A DNA stretch of 64,000 bases, taken from positions 62,001 through 126,000 of the forward strand of contig NW_005434616.1 in NCBI RefSeq assembly GCF_000315625.1. Reading direction: 5' to 3'. The notes beneath the pieces were generated by a model. That model was not told the origin of the DNA. It saw only the letters and a list, made by a program, of their open reading frames with translations, and searched no databases. This document shows, in pieces, positions 24,762 through 36,200 of the stretch. The translations under genes were made by a program, and so were the position numbers. Position 1 is the stretch's first letter, and the number at the start of each line of letters is the position of its first letter. This DNA comes from Guillardia theta CCMP2712. Lineage: Eukaryota; Protista; Cryptophyta.

Positions 24762-25475
24762 ATGAAGACTATGAGCTTGCAGCGCAGCATCGGGGTTAAC
24801 TCAATCACAATTAAGAAATCACGAATGTGCCAGGAGAAAAAGATGCCTATTTTCCACACTGTTGAATCACCTTGTGACTCTCAAAGATCAGCAGCTTCCA
24901 CTCCAGAGGTTGTGAAAGACGAAGACAGAGTAAGCATCGGATGTCACGAGACCAGCGCAGTCCGACCTGGTTGTACCGCTCATTGGAGGCCTGATTCATG
25001 CACGCACAGGGTTGATTCGGATGAACTCTTTCCTTCGTTGAACGGCGATGATATGAGCTTTGGCGAGCTTCAGCAACTGCGATATGCGTGTTCGAAATTG
25101 CTCACAAGGACTGACGAGATCGACAAGGATGATCTAGACGATATTCGGGTGGTGGATGTGAAGAAGGCTGGTTATTACTTCAAGAATCGACACATGAAAT
25201 CCAACTTTCAGAATTTTTCATCTAAATTGGTTAGAAACAAAGCTTGCTTGGACCTCAAGGGACTTGTTGCAGAGGATGATGAAAAAATGCAGGACCACGT
25301 TGTTGCTCATATCTCAAAGGAACTCTCCGTCCTTCGGACTGGGGATGTTCAGAAGTGTAATGATTCTTCCATTCCTATGTCTAAGAAGTTTCAAGATATT
25401 GATGTTGCCATGGATCACTCTGCAGATATATGGAAGATTTCGTGCTCTTTGAATGTAAGGGTATCCCCAAGTTGA
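24762..25475 (+). CDS. Hypothetical protein (apparently single exon)
   Basis: Open frame of more than 230 codons with normal charged composition. No motif recognised. Confidence 0.55.
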   Translation: MKTMSLQRSIGVNSITIKKSRMCQEKKMPIFHTVESPCDSQRSAASTPEVVKDEDRVSIGCHETSAVRPGCTAHWRPDSCTHRVDSDELFPSLNGDDMSFGELQQLRYACSKLLTRTDEIDKDDLDDIRVVDVKKAGYYFKNRHMKSNFQNFSSKLVRNKACLDLKGLVAEDDEKMQDHVVAHISKELSVLRTGDVQKCNDSSIPMSKKFQDIDVAMDHSADIWKISCSLNVRVSPS

Positions 25476-26049
25476 TGCTCAGAAGAAACAATTGAAACCT
25501 AGTTAAATAGCGAATGTAATATAGTCTGGAAATCAAATTGATTGCATGAATATTATGGCAATGCTTCTTTAAGGTGCACCATGGCAGGTCATCGCCGCAT
25601 TCAAATGCATGTAGAACTCGCCTTCTGAACAGTGTTTATGGTGGAGGGGGTTGACCATCCTTGGTAATCATATGTATTGTATAGAGTTTACTAACATGGT
25701 ACGAACAATCTCCTGAACCAAACATCTACGGTCCCAGAAGTCACACGCTCCCCCCCCCCTCTCGATTCTCTTCCCCGTTGTTTCTTGTTCCCCTCTGGTT
25801 TCCTGTGGCGCGAAAAAAAAAAATAAGAGGGCAGCCAGGGGTGGGAATCGAACTGAAGAGCTTCCCAGGTAAATTTGGAGGTCATACATATCAAAAAGGT
25901 TGGGGTGATATACACCTTGACCAGCCGCCGAGTTATTGACATGAAAACAGTACAAATATATAAACTTATAAATTTGTCCCAGAAGCCTTTTGTTCCGCCG
26001 AGTTCCGGGTGATTGACAAGACTCTTTCAGCCTTCACAACCGTTTGGCC

Positions 26050-28121
26050 ATGAACGTCGTGCGGCCGAGGATGAGGATGAAGATGGCGGGGAGGGCGACG
26101 GTAACCCCAGGAGCAGAGAGTGGGCGCTTCCTTGTCCAGCCATCTTCGTCCTTGGGAGAAGCTCGTGATTCAGGCCAGGCCGCAGAGCATCGCCATCGTG
26201 TCAGACAGGCGTCTGCACCGCGGCTGCCGAACTTGCCGAAGCAGATGGAAGGATGGACAAAGGTGCCAAGGTTGGAGGATGGAGACAATGAAGTGGCTGG
26301 CAGAGATTATCTGCTGACAGATCGAAGCGCAAGGCTGTTCTCAGTGAGGAAGACACGTCATCCCGAGGTACGATAGTGAAATTGTAGTGGGTCAAGTCCT
26401 GATGCGACAGGTTCTCTCAAGGATGGCTCACAGACGGAACGTGCCCGCACGAGCCACGTAGAAGCCTCAAGATCGAAGTTCATGCTGGCCAAACGTGAGC
26501 AGAGAGGGCGAGCAAGGACCCAGTCCTCCTCCAGCTCCCTGCGACCATGGACACCTGAAGGTACGCCCTTAATTCGTTGACACCTCGCGCAATCTGACGG
26601 CGTGCCGATCAGTCGCTCCAAATGCCGTAAACAATCGCAGGCCGTCGACTGAGTCAGTGACGGCGAAGCCACCTGCCTGCTCCTCTCAGGGCGAGCAAGC
26701 GTGGGAAGCCAAGGATGCAAAGCTGCCGGACTCAGCAAGATCAACAGAAAGATTCGAAGACAAGGAGCAGAGATCACATCAGGAGCGCAGGAGTTCATAT
26801 CGTGAGGCGTCGAGGAGGGAGAAGATTGTCCCGACTGGGCCACATCTGCGATGGGCAGGGAGCTCTACCATGAACGCCGTGCAAGTTGGTTTCAAGATCA
26901 CCGACGAGGAACGACTGGAGATCCTCAGGAACTCACACTTGACTTGTCGCGTTTGAGATGGCTGTTTGATGGTGCGTGCAGACTGTCTGAAGACGTCGAC
27001 AACTTTGTCGGTGCGATGGAAGAGAATGTGACAACATTGAGATGTGCCATCATCCGCACGAGACTGAAATTCTGCGTAGCGGTCGGCTGACAGGGATGGA
27101 GGCAAGGCTGAGAGCAGGAGACCTTCAGTTGAGGTGCTTGCCTGATTTAAGATGCAAATGAAAGTTACGAATCCCCCAGGGTCTTCAGCTCAGCAACGCG
27201 ACAGACTTTGAAAGGAGAAACTCAATCGAAGTCACGATAGGGACAGGGGCCGTGGAAACGAACTACGAGGCTAGCGTGCGCGAAGCAAGCAACGGAGAGC
27301 TGTCGTGTACCGATCATGTCAGCGCGCTTCCTCGTTCGCTACCAATGGAGATGTTGACATTCACGCCTGCAGGAGCAGCAGAAACGATGGCAAGAGGGAG
27401 AAGATGGGCAGCAAGTGTCCGTGAGCTTCGTCCTTCCACAGAAAGATCCCCAGATAGATCAAGGAGAGCATCGCAGGTGAGCTGAGAGCTAGCGTTGTGT
27501 TCCGTGCCGGTCCCATCCAGTCTGAAGCCCTACCAGGAACAAGCCTGTTCGCCTTTACGAGACGGTAACGAGGAAAGATCCTGCTCTCCTTCCTGTGGGG
27601 GAGAAAGTTCAGCTTACCCCCCGCCTCCTCTCCGAGACCTCGTTTGGCTCCTTTGCAACTAGGCACAAAGTCGCCGCCACCGACAATACGAAAGAGTTTC
27701 CTTCTGAGCAGGACCTCAACAAGCGCTCTTCCTCGCCCAAGGCAGCAACGAGAATCTGTCCTGAGAGGGTTTGAGCTGAAGCTGAGAGCAGGGGGCGTGG
27801 AGGACGATGCAGTCAAAGCAAGAACGCCCATTTGACATGCGATCCATCAACGAAAATTTCTTCCATGCGCCGGTGAGGCGAAGACGTCAAGGGTTTTCGA
27901 TATTGACGGCTCCTGTCGCAGATCAAACTAGGACCAGAGCCAATCAGCTCGTTACAGATTTCTTCCTTCATCAAACCACCCAAACAGGAGCCGAGCAGCC
28001 TGGAGCTCACGTGACAGGAGAAGAGGAGTTCAACATGAACAGACTGAGAGAGCGTAGTGTTAAGTATTCAGCCACATTCAATGCGAAGAACAGGTTTTCA
28101 TTCAAGTATAAATATCTCTAA
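26050..28121 (+). CDS. Hypothetical low-complexity/basic protein (multi-exon)
   Basis: Chain of ORF segments flanked by GT/AG sites. Ends RFSFKYKYL*. Confidence 0.5.
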
Positions 28122-28335
28122 GAAATTGGTTTGCGTGAGCCCTTCCATCTCTAGCACACTCCCTTCATCAAAAACTTTGATTCGCAAGAACCGCCAACCG
28201 CCGGACACATTCTCAACCAGGATGCTACATCAACAGGGATGAAACAGGCAAGAAATGTTGGTGACCAGAAGACGAAGCAAAATCTCCGCAAGAACAATAT
28301 TGACAACGACTAGTAAGACATCAGGGGTGAGCCAA

Positions 28336-29364
28336 TCATGACTCGACCTTTTTCCTCCTCGATGGCTTCTGGGGAGCATATGGGTCCATGATCTTACGAG
28401 CCTGGGGGAGGGCGTCTTCCGTGAATCCCATGCAGTAGCTGTAGATCAACATGACAAAGAGGTAGAGCGTGAACACGACAAACTCAACAAGCCATCCTGT
28501 ATGCCATGCGCTCTTCTCGTCCAGTGTAGGATCCGCCATCCACTTGATGATGGGAGCATTTGATGCAGTCTTGATCGAGAACTTCTTGGAAGCCTCCTCG
28601 ATGGACTTGGTGTAGTGATGAGTCCTCCTCACGCCCAATCCTGCTCTGAAGTTCTTGCTCCAGCTCGCCTGCACTACGTTCTTCTCGAACGTGGGGTCCG
28701 AGCAGGAAACATGCGACATGGTCGCAACCCACGCGTAAGCAACGACTCCCTTCTCATAGGTAGTGTCGAGGAGAGGAGCAGTGCAGTAGTAGTCATACAC
28801 GCAAGTACCGACGACAGGGAGCTTGTCCTTGCAGTACTTGAACTCTCCGATGTAATCAGTGCCGACCGACCCATCCTTGAGGTAGAAGACTGTGTTCTCC
28901 TCATAGTTCTTGGCTACCTTCGGCAGGTCCGCCAAGGACGCGCCCTTGATAACATCCTTGCCAGCCGACTTCGACCAGACAACGAAGAAGTGACCGCCAA
29001 GAATACAGGAGAGGAACATCATCATGGCTGCCAACATGAGAGGCCTTGCGAGCTCGTACTTGCCGCTCACAGCTTGGTACCCGGCGAAGCAAAAGCAGGT
29101 GGCAAAGAAAAGCATCATCATAGCACAGCCAGCGAGCCAGTTAACATGCACTGATGTAGCGACAGAGCATGTCGTTCCGATGACGAGGTAGCAAAACCCA
29201 GCCCATCCGTACTCTTTGCCGAACAGCAGGAAGACAAAATGGATTCCTGCATGGAAAGCACGGATAGGGGCTGCCCTCAGAGGTTCTTGCTTTTCAGCGG
29301 AAGTTTCGACCAGTGGTTCAGACTCGGATGCTTCCCCCTTCTCGACTTCGTTTGGAGACGTCAT
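28336..29364 (-). CDS. Hypothetical multi-pass membrane protein (about 3-4 N-terminal TM, Cys-containing lumenal domain, C-terminal TM)
   Basis: Uninterrupted ~340-aa ORF with C/G-ending codons, hydrophobic segments and the motif YYCTAPL...AWVA. Confidence 0.8.
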   Translation of the reverse strand: MTSPNEVEKGEASESEPLVETSAEKQEPLRAAPIRAFHAGIHFVFLLFGKEYGWAGFCYLVIGTTCSVATSVHVNWLAGCAMMMLFFATCFCFAGYQAVSGKYELARPLMLAAMMMFLSCILGGHFFVVWSKSAGKDVIKGASLADLPKVAKNYEENTVFYLKDGSVGTDYIGEFKYCKDKLPVVGTCVYDYYCTAPLLDTTYEKGVVAYAWVATMSHVSCSDPTFEKNVVQASWSKNFRAGLGVRRTHHYTKSIEEASKKFSIKTASNAPIIKWMADPTLDEKSAWHTGWLVEFVVFTLYLFVMLIYSYCMGFTEDALPQARKIMDPYAPQKPSRRKKVES

Positions 29365-30762
29365 GGTCTTCGTGGCGGACACTGCTACGACAGTTAGATT
29401 ATTGCACAACAAAACCGAGATGCTCACTGTACGTCAAGACGTTCGCTACACGCTCCTGGAGACACAAGACGTCAGCTTGAAGATCAGAAGATTCTTCTTG
29501 TTTTGCTATATTTTCTCTTGGCATTCTCCCTCATCCTAAAGATATCTAGATGCTTCAGAGGCAACATGTCACATGCATCTACTCTTTCATTTTCATTCAT
29601 CTACTCTTTCATAATCATTCTCGATCACCAGCACTAAGATCCCCTTTCGTGGCCCCTCTGTTGTAAATTCACTGGCCGGAAGATGCCTCATAACGAACAG
29701 CACGGTTTCACAAGGTAGCCTACGATCATTCCAGGCTTACCAAGGAACATCTTGTCCAGAAACAAAAAAGACTCTAAACCTATGCAAATAGTACTCTCGA
29801 ACATCTTCTGAATCGTAATTCAACCTTGCAGCTTCGCATTCTGGTCACCCTGAAACTACGACATGCAATCGTATTTTCTGTCGATACACACTTTCATCAT
29901 CTCATCCCCTCATCTTCTATGGCCTGATCCAATCATCATATCATCATCGAACATATTCTTGTACTCCTCTCCTCTCCTCTCCTCTCCTCTCCTCTTCTCT
30001 CTTCTCCTTCTCTCTTCCTCAATCCTCACCCACTACATGCTAACCTCAATAACCCTGCCTGATGACGAGGCAGAAATGTATTTCCATAGAGGGGCAAGTA
30101 ATCTGGAGAATGCTGGTGGGTGTTTCTCTATGGAGTAAAGTTATGTATTGACATCGATATTTACTAAACTATTACTATCAATTGATAGAAGTATTTACCC
30201 TTCGACAAGACAGTTGATCAAGGACATGGACCCCATATTGTTGACTAAAAACTGTACCAGGATGTAACTGAATCTTAGTACCATCTTTAGAAACCATCCA
30301 CTGAGCTATTTCGGGGATTTCCAGTTCTCCATGGTGGGGTGTAACAAGTACCCCATATTTATATAACACAAGGTGCTTTTTCCAGTGGTGGGTCATAGAA
30401 TCTGTCGAGGACCTCCTGGGGGTGGGTGGTATTATGCCGGTGCGGGCCTGAAATAATTGAGTTGACTACAAGCGTGAGATAACTGTTTAATTAAAAGGGT
30501 TTATAGTCAACACTTGGTTGTTGAGGGCTATAGTCAATCTTAGTCGAAAGGACGTTGCTGTCAAGCCTACATAAATGGGGGTGGTGGTAGGTAGGGGTGA
30601 GTATCGATGAGAAAAACAGGTACTCTAGAACCCGTCCTTTTTACACCAAAATCATGGGTGAGAAGGCTAGATTCAGGGGTCCTTGTGAATTTGGGTGAGA
30701 CATCCAGTAGGGGTGCGGCTCTTCATCAAGGGTCTCCCTCCAAGAGACAGGCAGCCTTCGCA

Positions 30763-31416
30763 ATGCTCTTCTCCCAGCTCGTACGTATCGCCCCAGTTGT
30801 ACTGTCGATGCTTGCCCCCTATGCTCGATCCTCTGGAGGAAGCTGAGCTCCTGTTGGTTGTGTATTTGTTCTCACTTTGTCTTCTTCCCATTCACATAAC
30901 CATGGATGTTCTGTCTCGTAACACGTGCAGGGTCTCAACAATTGTGCTGACTGAAATGGTTTGAGCTCAGTCACGGTCCCTCACAGTTGAAATATCTTTG
31001 TGACATACAAATATTCTTGCTCTGTGTAGGTGATCGTGTTGATGTTTACCGCCATGACTGCTTTTTCTCTGCTGTGCTGAAAATGTGTTGGTTCTTGATT
31101 GTTGATTTGTGTTGATTGCACATGCTCTGACCTACATTGTGTGAGCTCAGATCTTCACATTGATGATGAATTTGATATTGACACCAATTTGAATGTCTGT
31201 TGTCACTACCATGATGAGAGTCTTGCTCTGCTTCTTTGCCTGACTAACGCATTCATTCAGGATTGCTCTTTCCCCGCCTACTTCTACACTCAGCCCATGG
31301 CTACCGGACCGGGCTTCTATGACAACCTCTGCCCCCAGTCCTGGCAGGATGGCTCCGCTGCCACCTTCACCCTCCAGGATCCCCACCAGCAGACCTTCGA
31401 CTGCCCGGGCAACTAA
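30763..31416 (+). CDS. 57-aa micro-protein, two exons (30763-30780, 31261-31416)
   Basis: ATG CTC TTC TCC CAG CTC|gtacgt...ctaac...ttcattcag|GAT TGC, a phase-0 intron. Product MLFSQLDCSFPAYFYTQPMATGPGFYDNLCPQSWQDGSAATFTLQDPHQQTFDCPGN. Strongly C-ending codons. Confidence 0.7.
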
Positions 31417-31949
31417 GTGTGAAACCATATAGTTTTTGCAAGGGATTCTTTCCTGTGGGAATTTTATATGGATTTGGCTATGCGGACTAAGTTAGAAGTT
31501 AGTTATTTTGAGCATCCTGCTTGATCTGAATGTAAACTTGAAAAATCTCAAAGGTGTATCTGGCTGACTCCACAATTAAAATCACATCTCACCCCTCTTA
31601 AGCAAACTACATACTGTTCTGAGATACAGCACACACAAAGCCCATTCGGTGTCTGCAGCAAGGATTGATTCAGTAGCTCGATCAAGCTCCCTTGGTGTCA
31701 ATCCGCAAATGAGCTGGGTGGCACGAAACTCATGGGAAGAAAGGTGTGATGCGAGCAAGGATGGTGTAATGCGAGGATGGATGTCGAATTCCAGGTGAGA
31801 TGGTACAGATGATGTGCGATGTAGTGGCATGAGACCAAGGCATCTATGAGTCAAGAGAACTCCTGATATGTCATCGCAATGGAAGGAAGCTTTGTCAATT
31901 CCTGCCCAAAGGAGACTTGACCGTGACTTGCTCAATTGCTAGCAAGTCA

Positions 31950-32827
31950 CGGTCAAGTCAACTGTCTCGGACCTCCACAATCAAAAGAACGACTGCGGTG
32001 CCTCGTTTCCGAAGTGCTGGAGCAAGGGGACCAGTTCAGTTCGAGCTGCAAATTTCATACGATGTGAGTGGGAAACACCTCGAGCACGTAGGATCCTATC
32101 TTTACAACCATTACAAACTCGTTCCCTCTCCACTTACCATCTGGACCAGCCATCCGATCCTGGTGAGAGTGAGTTCGGCCCATCGTGCTGATGATATCCT
32201 GCTGGCGCTCCAGTGATGTCAGTTGCAACTTGTGAGTCCCCGACGTTCTGGAGATTAATTCTCTTCACACCCAATGCATCCAGGCAAGAGTGAAACTCCG
32301 CTTGATCGTAGTCACTCACAGGGGGGAAGCTTCGCTTGCAGAAGATGTAAGGATTTGCAATGCTCTTGCTGTGGAGTTCCTCGCCCTTTTGTACTTGTGG
32401 TGCACCCATGCGCTTCATGTGCGCGTTGTATAACAACTTTGTACGCTCGTACCGTGCCCTGATCGCTTTGTATCCCGGAAAGTAGTTTTCCCACAACTTC
32501 TGTTGCTCAAGACTCTGCAATACCAACCGTCATTTGTGCTGTCTTAGATAGATCGTGAGCTATCATTACCGTCTGTTGCTTGTTGTGGAACACAATGTTT
32601 GAATGCTGGCGACGTCTTGTCAGGGACTTCGACAGCGCACGCAGGGAGGAAGACAAGGGAAGAAAATAAGACTGGTAGAATAGCACGGCAAAGAGATCAA
32701 GTGAGAACAAGCTTACCGCATTCGAGAGAACCATCAGGCAGCAGATCGCAACTAGAGCTGCTGCCGCTGAGAATACTATGGCCGCCGCAGGTCGCCGCAG
32801 AGCTTCATGGTGAACTGCCCTGACCAT
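31950..32827 (-). CDS. Hypothetical type II membrane/secreted protein (end approximate)
   Basis: N-terminal signal-anchor AAAIVFSAAAALVAICCLMVL followed by spliced exons ...LQSLEQQKLWENYFPGY... Confidence 0.6.
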
Positions 32828-33287
32828 GGCGAAAGGCCGTCAAGAACGTTACAGTGCGTTTCCGGTGGTTACGGCAGTTTTGAAGTTGGTTCACCAGCTG
32901 CTCCGGTCACCTTACCTGGAAGCCCACCCACAACATTTACATGGTGTAGAAAAGAGGGGTAGTGGTTCAGGGGTGGTCTTCATTTGCAGGATTCAGCCTG
33001 ATAATGGCTTGATAGCGTCGATGCGGAATGACGAGATGAGGACGAGGATGAGGACGATATGAAGATGAGAAGTAGATGAAATGATGGTGAAGAGCATCAT
33101 AGCATGAAGATGCTGGTGTTAACAGACGATGGTGAACAGATGAAGACTCCGATGGTGCGAATCAGCTTCCTGAAAAGGGTGATGGAAATGCTGTGAGGTG
33201 TTTTGGGTTGAGGGAGTCAGAGTTACCAGGACGTGTTCCTGTCACTTGGTCGACGTATGTAGCTGAAGTCACCAGGGATCTCAAGTA

Positions 33288-36200
33288 ATGGGCGCTGTGC
33301 AATCGTCGTCGAGCGAAAATGGAGTCATATGGAGGGAGCACAAGAAGCCAGTGCATGCCTGCTGCGTTTCTATGGATGGAACCATGCTCCTTTCATGCTC
33401 CGGAGACAAGACCCTCAAGCTTTGGAGTTTGAATGACTTCACTTTTCTTCGTCAATTTGATGGTGGTCTTTCGCATGCCGGGGATTTGCAGCAACTCAAC
33501 ATTTTGTTCAGGTCACGCAAGTCCAGTATACAGCTGCAGCTTTAGCTGGGATGGAAAGTTTGCGATATCCGGGTCGCTGGACGGTGAAGTTAAGGTAAGA
33601 GAGATGATTGCATGAGAGTGTCTTAACTGTGAGCAATCGTCTACGTACAGGTTTGGGATGTATCGCTCGGAAAGGAGTTGTACACGCTTCAAGAGCACAA
33701 ACAGGCGGTCATGGACGTCAAGTTTCATCCCACCAAGGTGCAAGCGATCTCTGCGTCGGCCGACAAGTCACTGGTACATGTATCAGCAGCTTCGACAGCT
33801 CTGACTCTTTCCAGTTGGTTTGGGAGTTCTTTGAAGACGAATCGTCTGCAGAACAATCAATGACGTCTCGTCGGATCGCTCTAACGGGACACCGCAATGC
33901 TGTCAACTCTATCGCAGTGACTTCCGACGGTCAGAGCATCATCTCAGGGTCATCGGACAACTCGGTCAAGGTCTGGAGCACGAAGACCATGAAGGATGTC
34001 AAGACTTTCTCCGGCCATAAGGACGCCGTGATGTCAGTCGACGTAAACCTCGACGGGACTCTGATCATCTCATCGAGTCAAGACTACTCTGTCCGGATCT
34101 GGAGCTTCGAGAGCGGAAAGGTGATGAGGGTGCTCACTGGACATGTCGATGCCGTGCGCTGCTGCAAATTCTCGTTGGACGGCACGATGATCCTGTCTGG
34201 GTCGTTCGACAAGAACCTCATTGCCTGGGTGATGGCGGAAGACTCCGACGACTGGGAACGGGCCTGCATCTTCAAAGGTACCCTCCCGCTCCCTCCAGTG
34301 TCTTGCTCTTGCTGTGCGATGCCCTGTCTCCCATCCTTGTGACGCGCTTGCTTCTGCTGCAGGAGGTCACTCCCGTGGGATAACCACTTGTAGCTTTTCT
34401 CCCGATGGAATGGTTGCCATCAGCGGCAGTTGGGATGGGTCAGTCCACCTGTGGCCAATGGAGGACATTCGCCTGCATGCTGCCTTCCAGAGGCAAGGGG
34501 ACGGGAATGGAGAGAAAGAGGGGGACAGTGGGCCGGGAGGAGAGGATGGGAAAGTTGAGTTCAACCTGCCAAGCACAACTACACTTCCTGCCATTGTTGC
34601 CGACAAGAGCTTCGAGGCGACTCGACCGAGTCTCCATGCCGTGGTGGCTGAGATGGAGAAGATGGTGGGAGTACAGCGAGGGAAGGCCAAGATTGGCCAC
34701 CTCTGCAAGTATTACCTGAGATATTGGGAGCACCTGGGAGTTCGCAACCGCTGCTTGAACATGTTTCTTCTGGGGCAGCAGGGGACTGGCAAGTACCACT
34801 TTGCGAAGCTCTACGCTCGCTTCCTGTGGGCCTCTGGCTTCATCAAGACGGACGGCTTCACTCAGGGCAGTATGAACGTGTCCAACACATGGGAGCGACC
34901 GACAATGAGGCTGTCGATTGGAGGTCACGAGGACGAACATTGGCCCCTGATCCTCCTGCGGGCCCCGAAGCTGAAGGGCTCCAGCCCCGAGTCGACGGCC
35001 AACAACTTCCGTAACTTCCTTGAGAGGCACCGAGGAAACGTAGTGCTCCTCAAGGAGATCGACTCCCTTGCCGACTCAGTGTCGGTGGAGGTGATCAAGG
35101 CAGTGGTGCAGGTCATCCAGAGGTTCCTCGAGGAGCATGGCGATGGTTTTACCCTCCTTGTCTCCGGGAGGGACAGGAACTCAGTCGGCAACATCTTCCG
35201 ACACTACCAGCCGGCGAAGCCGACCATGCTCAGGAGGCACTTTCCCTTTGTGATGGACTTCGACCGGTACTCAGCCGAGGAGCTGATGGAGATTTTCCGC
35301 AGGCAGTGCGACAGAGAGCAGGTGAGGCTGGGCAGCACAGTGACGGAGGTGATGCTACAGAAGGCCTTCGTGCTCAACTTCAACTTCTTCGACGGCAGCA
35401 ACGGGGCGGGGACGCGGCACCTGCTCATGCTGGCGCGACTCGAGCATGGCAAGAGGGGGGACAGGAGGGAAGGGATCTTCGAGGCAACGGACCTGCAGGC
35501 TGCTTTCCAGAAACTGCGGCAAGACTGGTTTGCCGCCCATCCCGAGCGAACGTTTGCAGCCTTGCAGTACATGCAGCAGACCGAGAAGTCGATGGAGTCT
35601 CGGAGGAGGAAGTCGATCGGGGATGATGCTGATGCGATCAACGACGCGAGCGCGGCAGGAGCAGAGGCTGACCTTGAGGAGGAGGAGGGCGAGTCTGAAG
35701 ACGACTGGGAGCTGCAGAAGTGGACGCTGGAAGACTTCAGGATCTTTCACGATCATGAACTGAAGAAGAGGGAGGAGGATCACCACAGGACTTTGCAGCG
35801 GGAGCGAGAAGAATGCAGGATGGTCCTGAAACGATCTTGATAGCCTTTTCTTGTTCTGATCTCCGCTCCAGGTGGTCGAGCAGACTAACCTAGCTCACGC
35901 AGCTTCTCTGTCAAGATTCCTTGCGGTCATCTCCTCTCCCTCCTCCTTCTCGCGCTCCCTCGCCTCCTTTGCAAATCATCCCCCGACTGATCTTGCCCCT
36001 CGTCCTCGCTCCTTCTCCCCCCTCACGTTCACTCCAATCCTGCCCTGCCCTGCCCTGCCCTGCCCTGCCCTGCCCTGCCCTGCCCTGCCTTGTCCACTCC
36101 GCTCCTCTCCTCTCTTCTCACTCTTTTCATGTTCAGGCACTTCGACAAGTCATCTACCAGAAGTTCTTTCACATCACCGGACGGGAGGCATTTCAAGTCT

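Noticed and set aside
28615-29154. 179-aa plus-strand ORF
   Set aside because: It is antisense to the codon-biased membrane protein gene.
34650-35520. Calling the AAA module cbbX (Rubisco activase)
   Set aside because: The Walker motifs are degenerate, there is no plastid presequence, and the module is embedded in a WD40/ARM protein.
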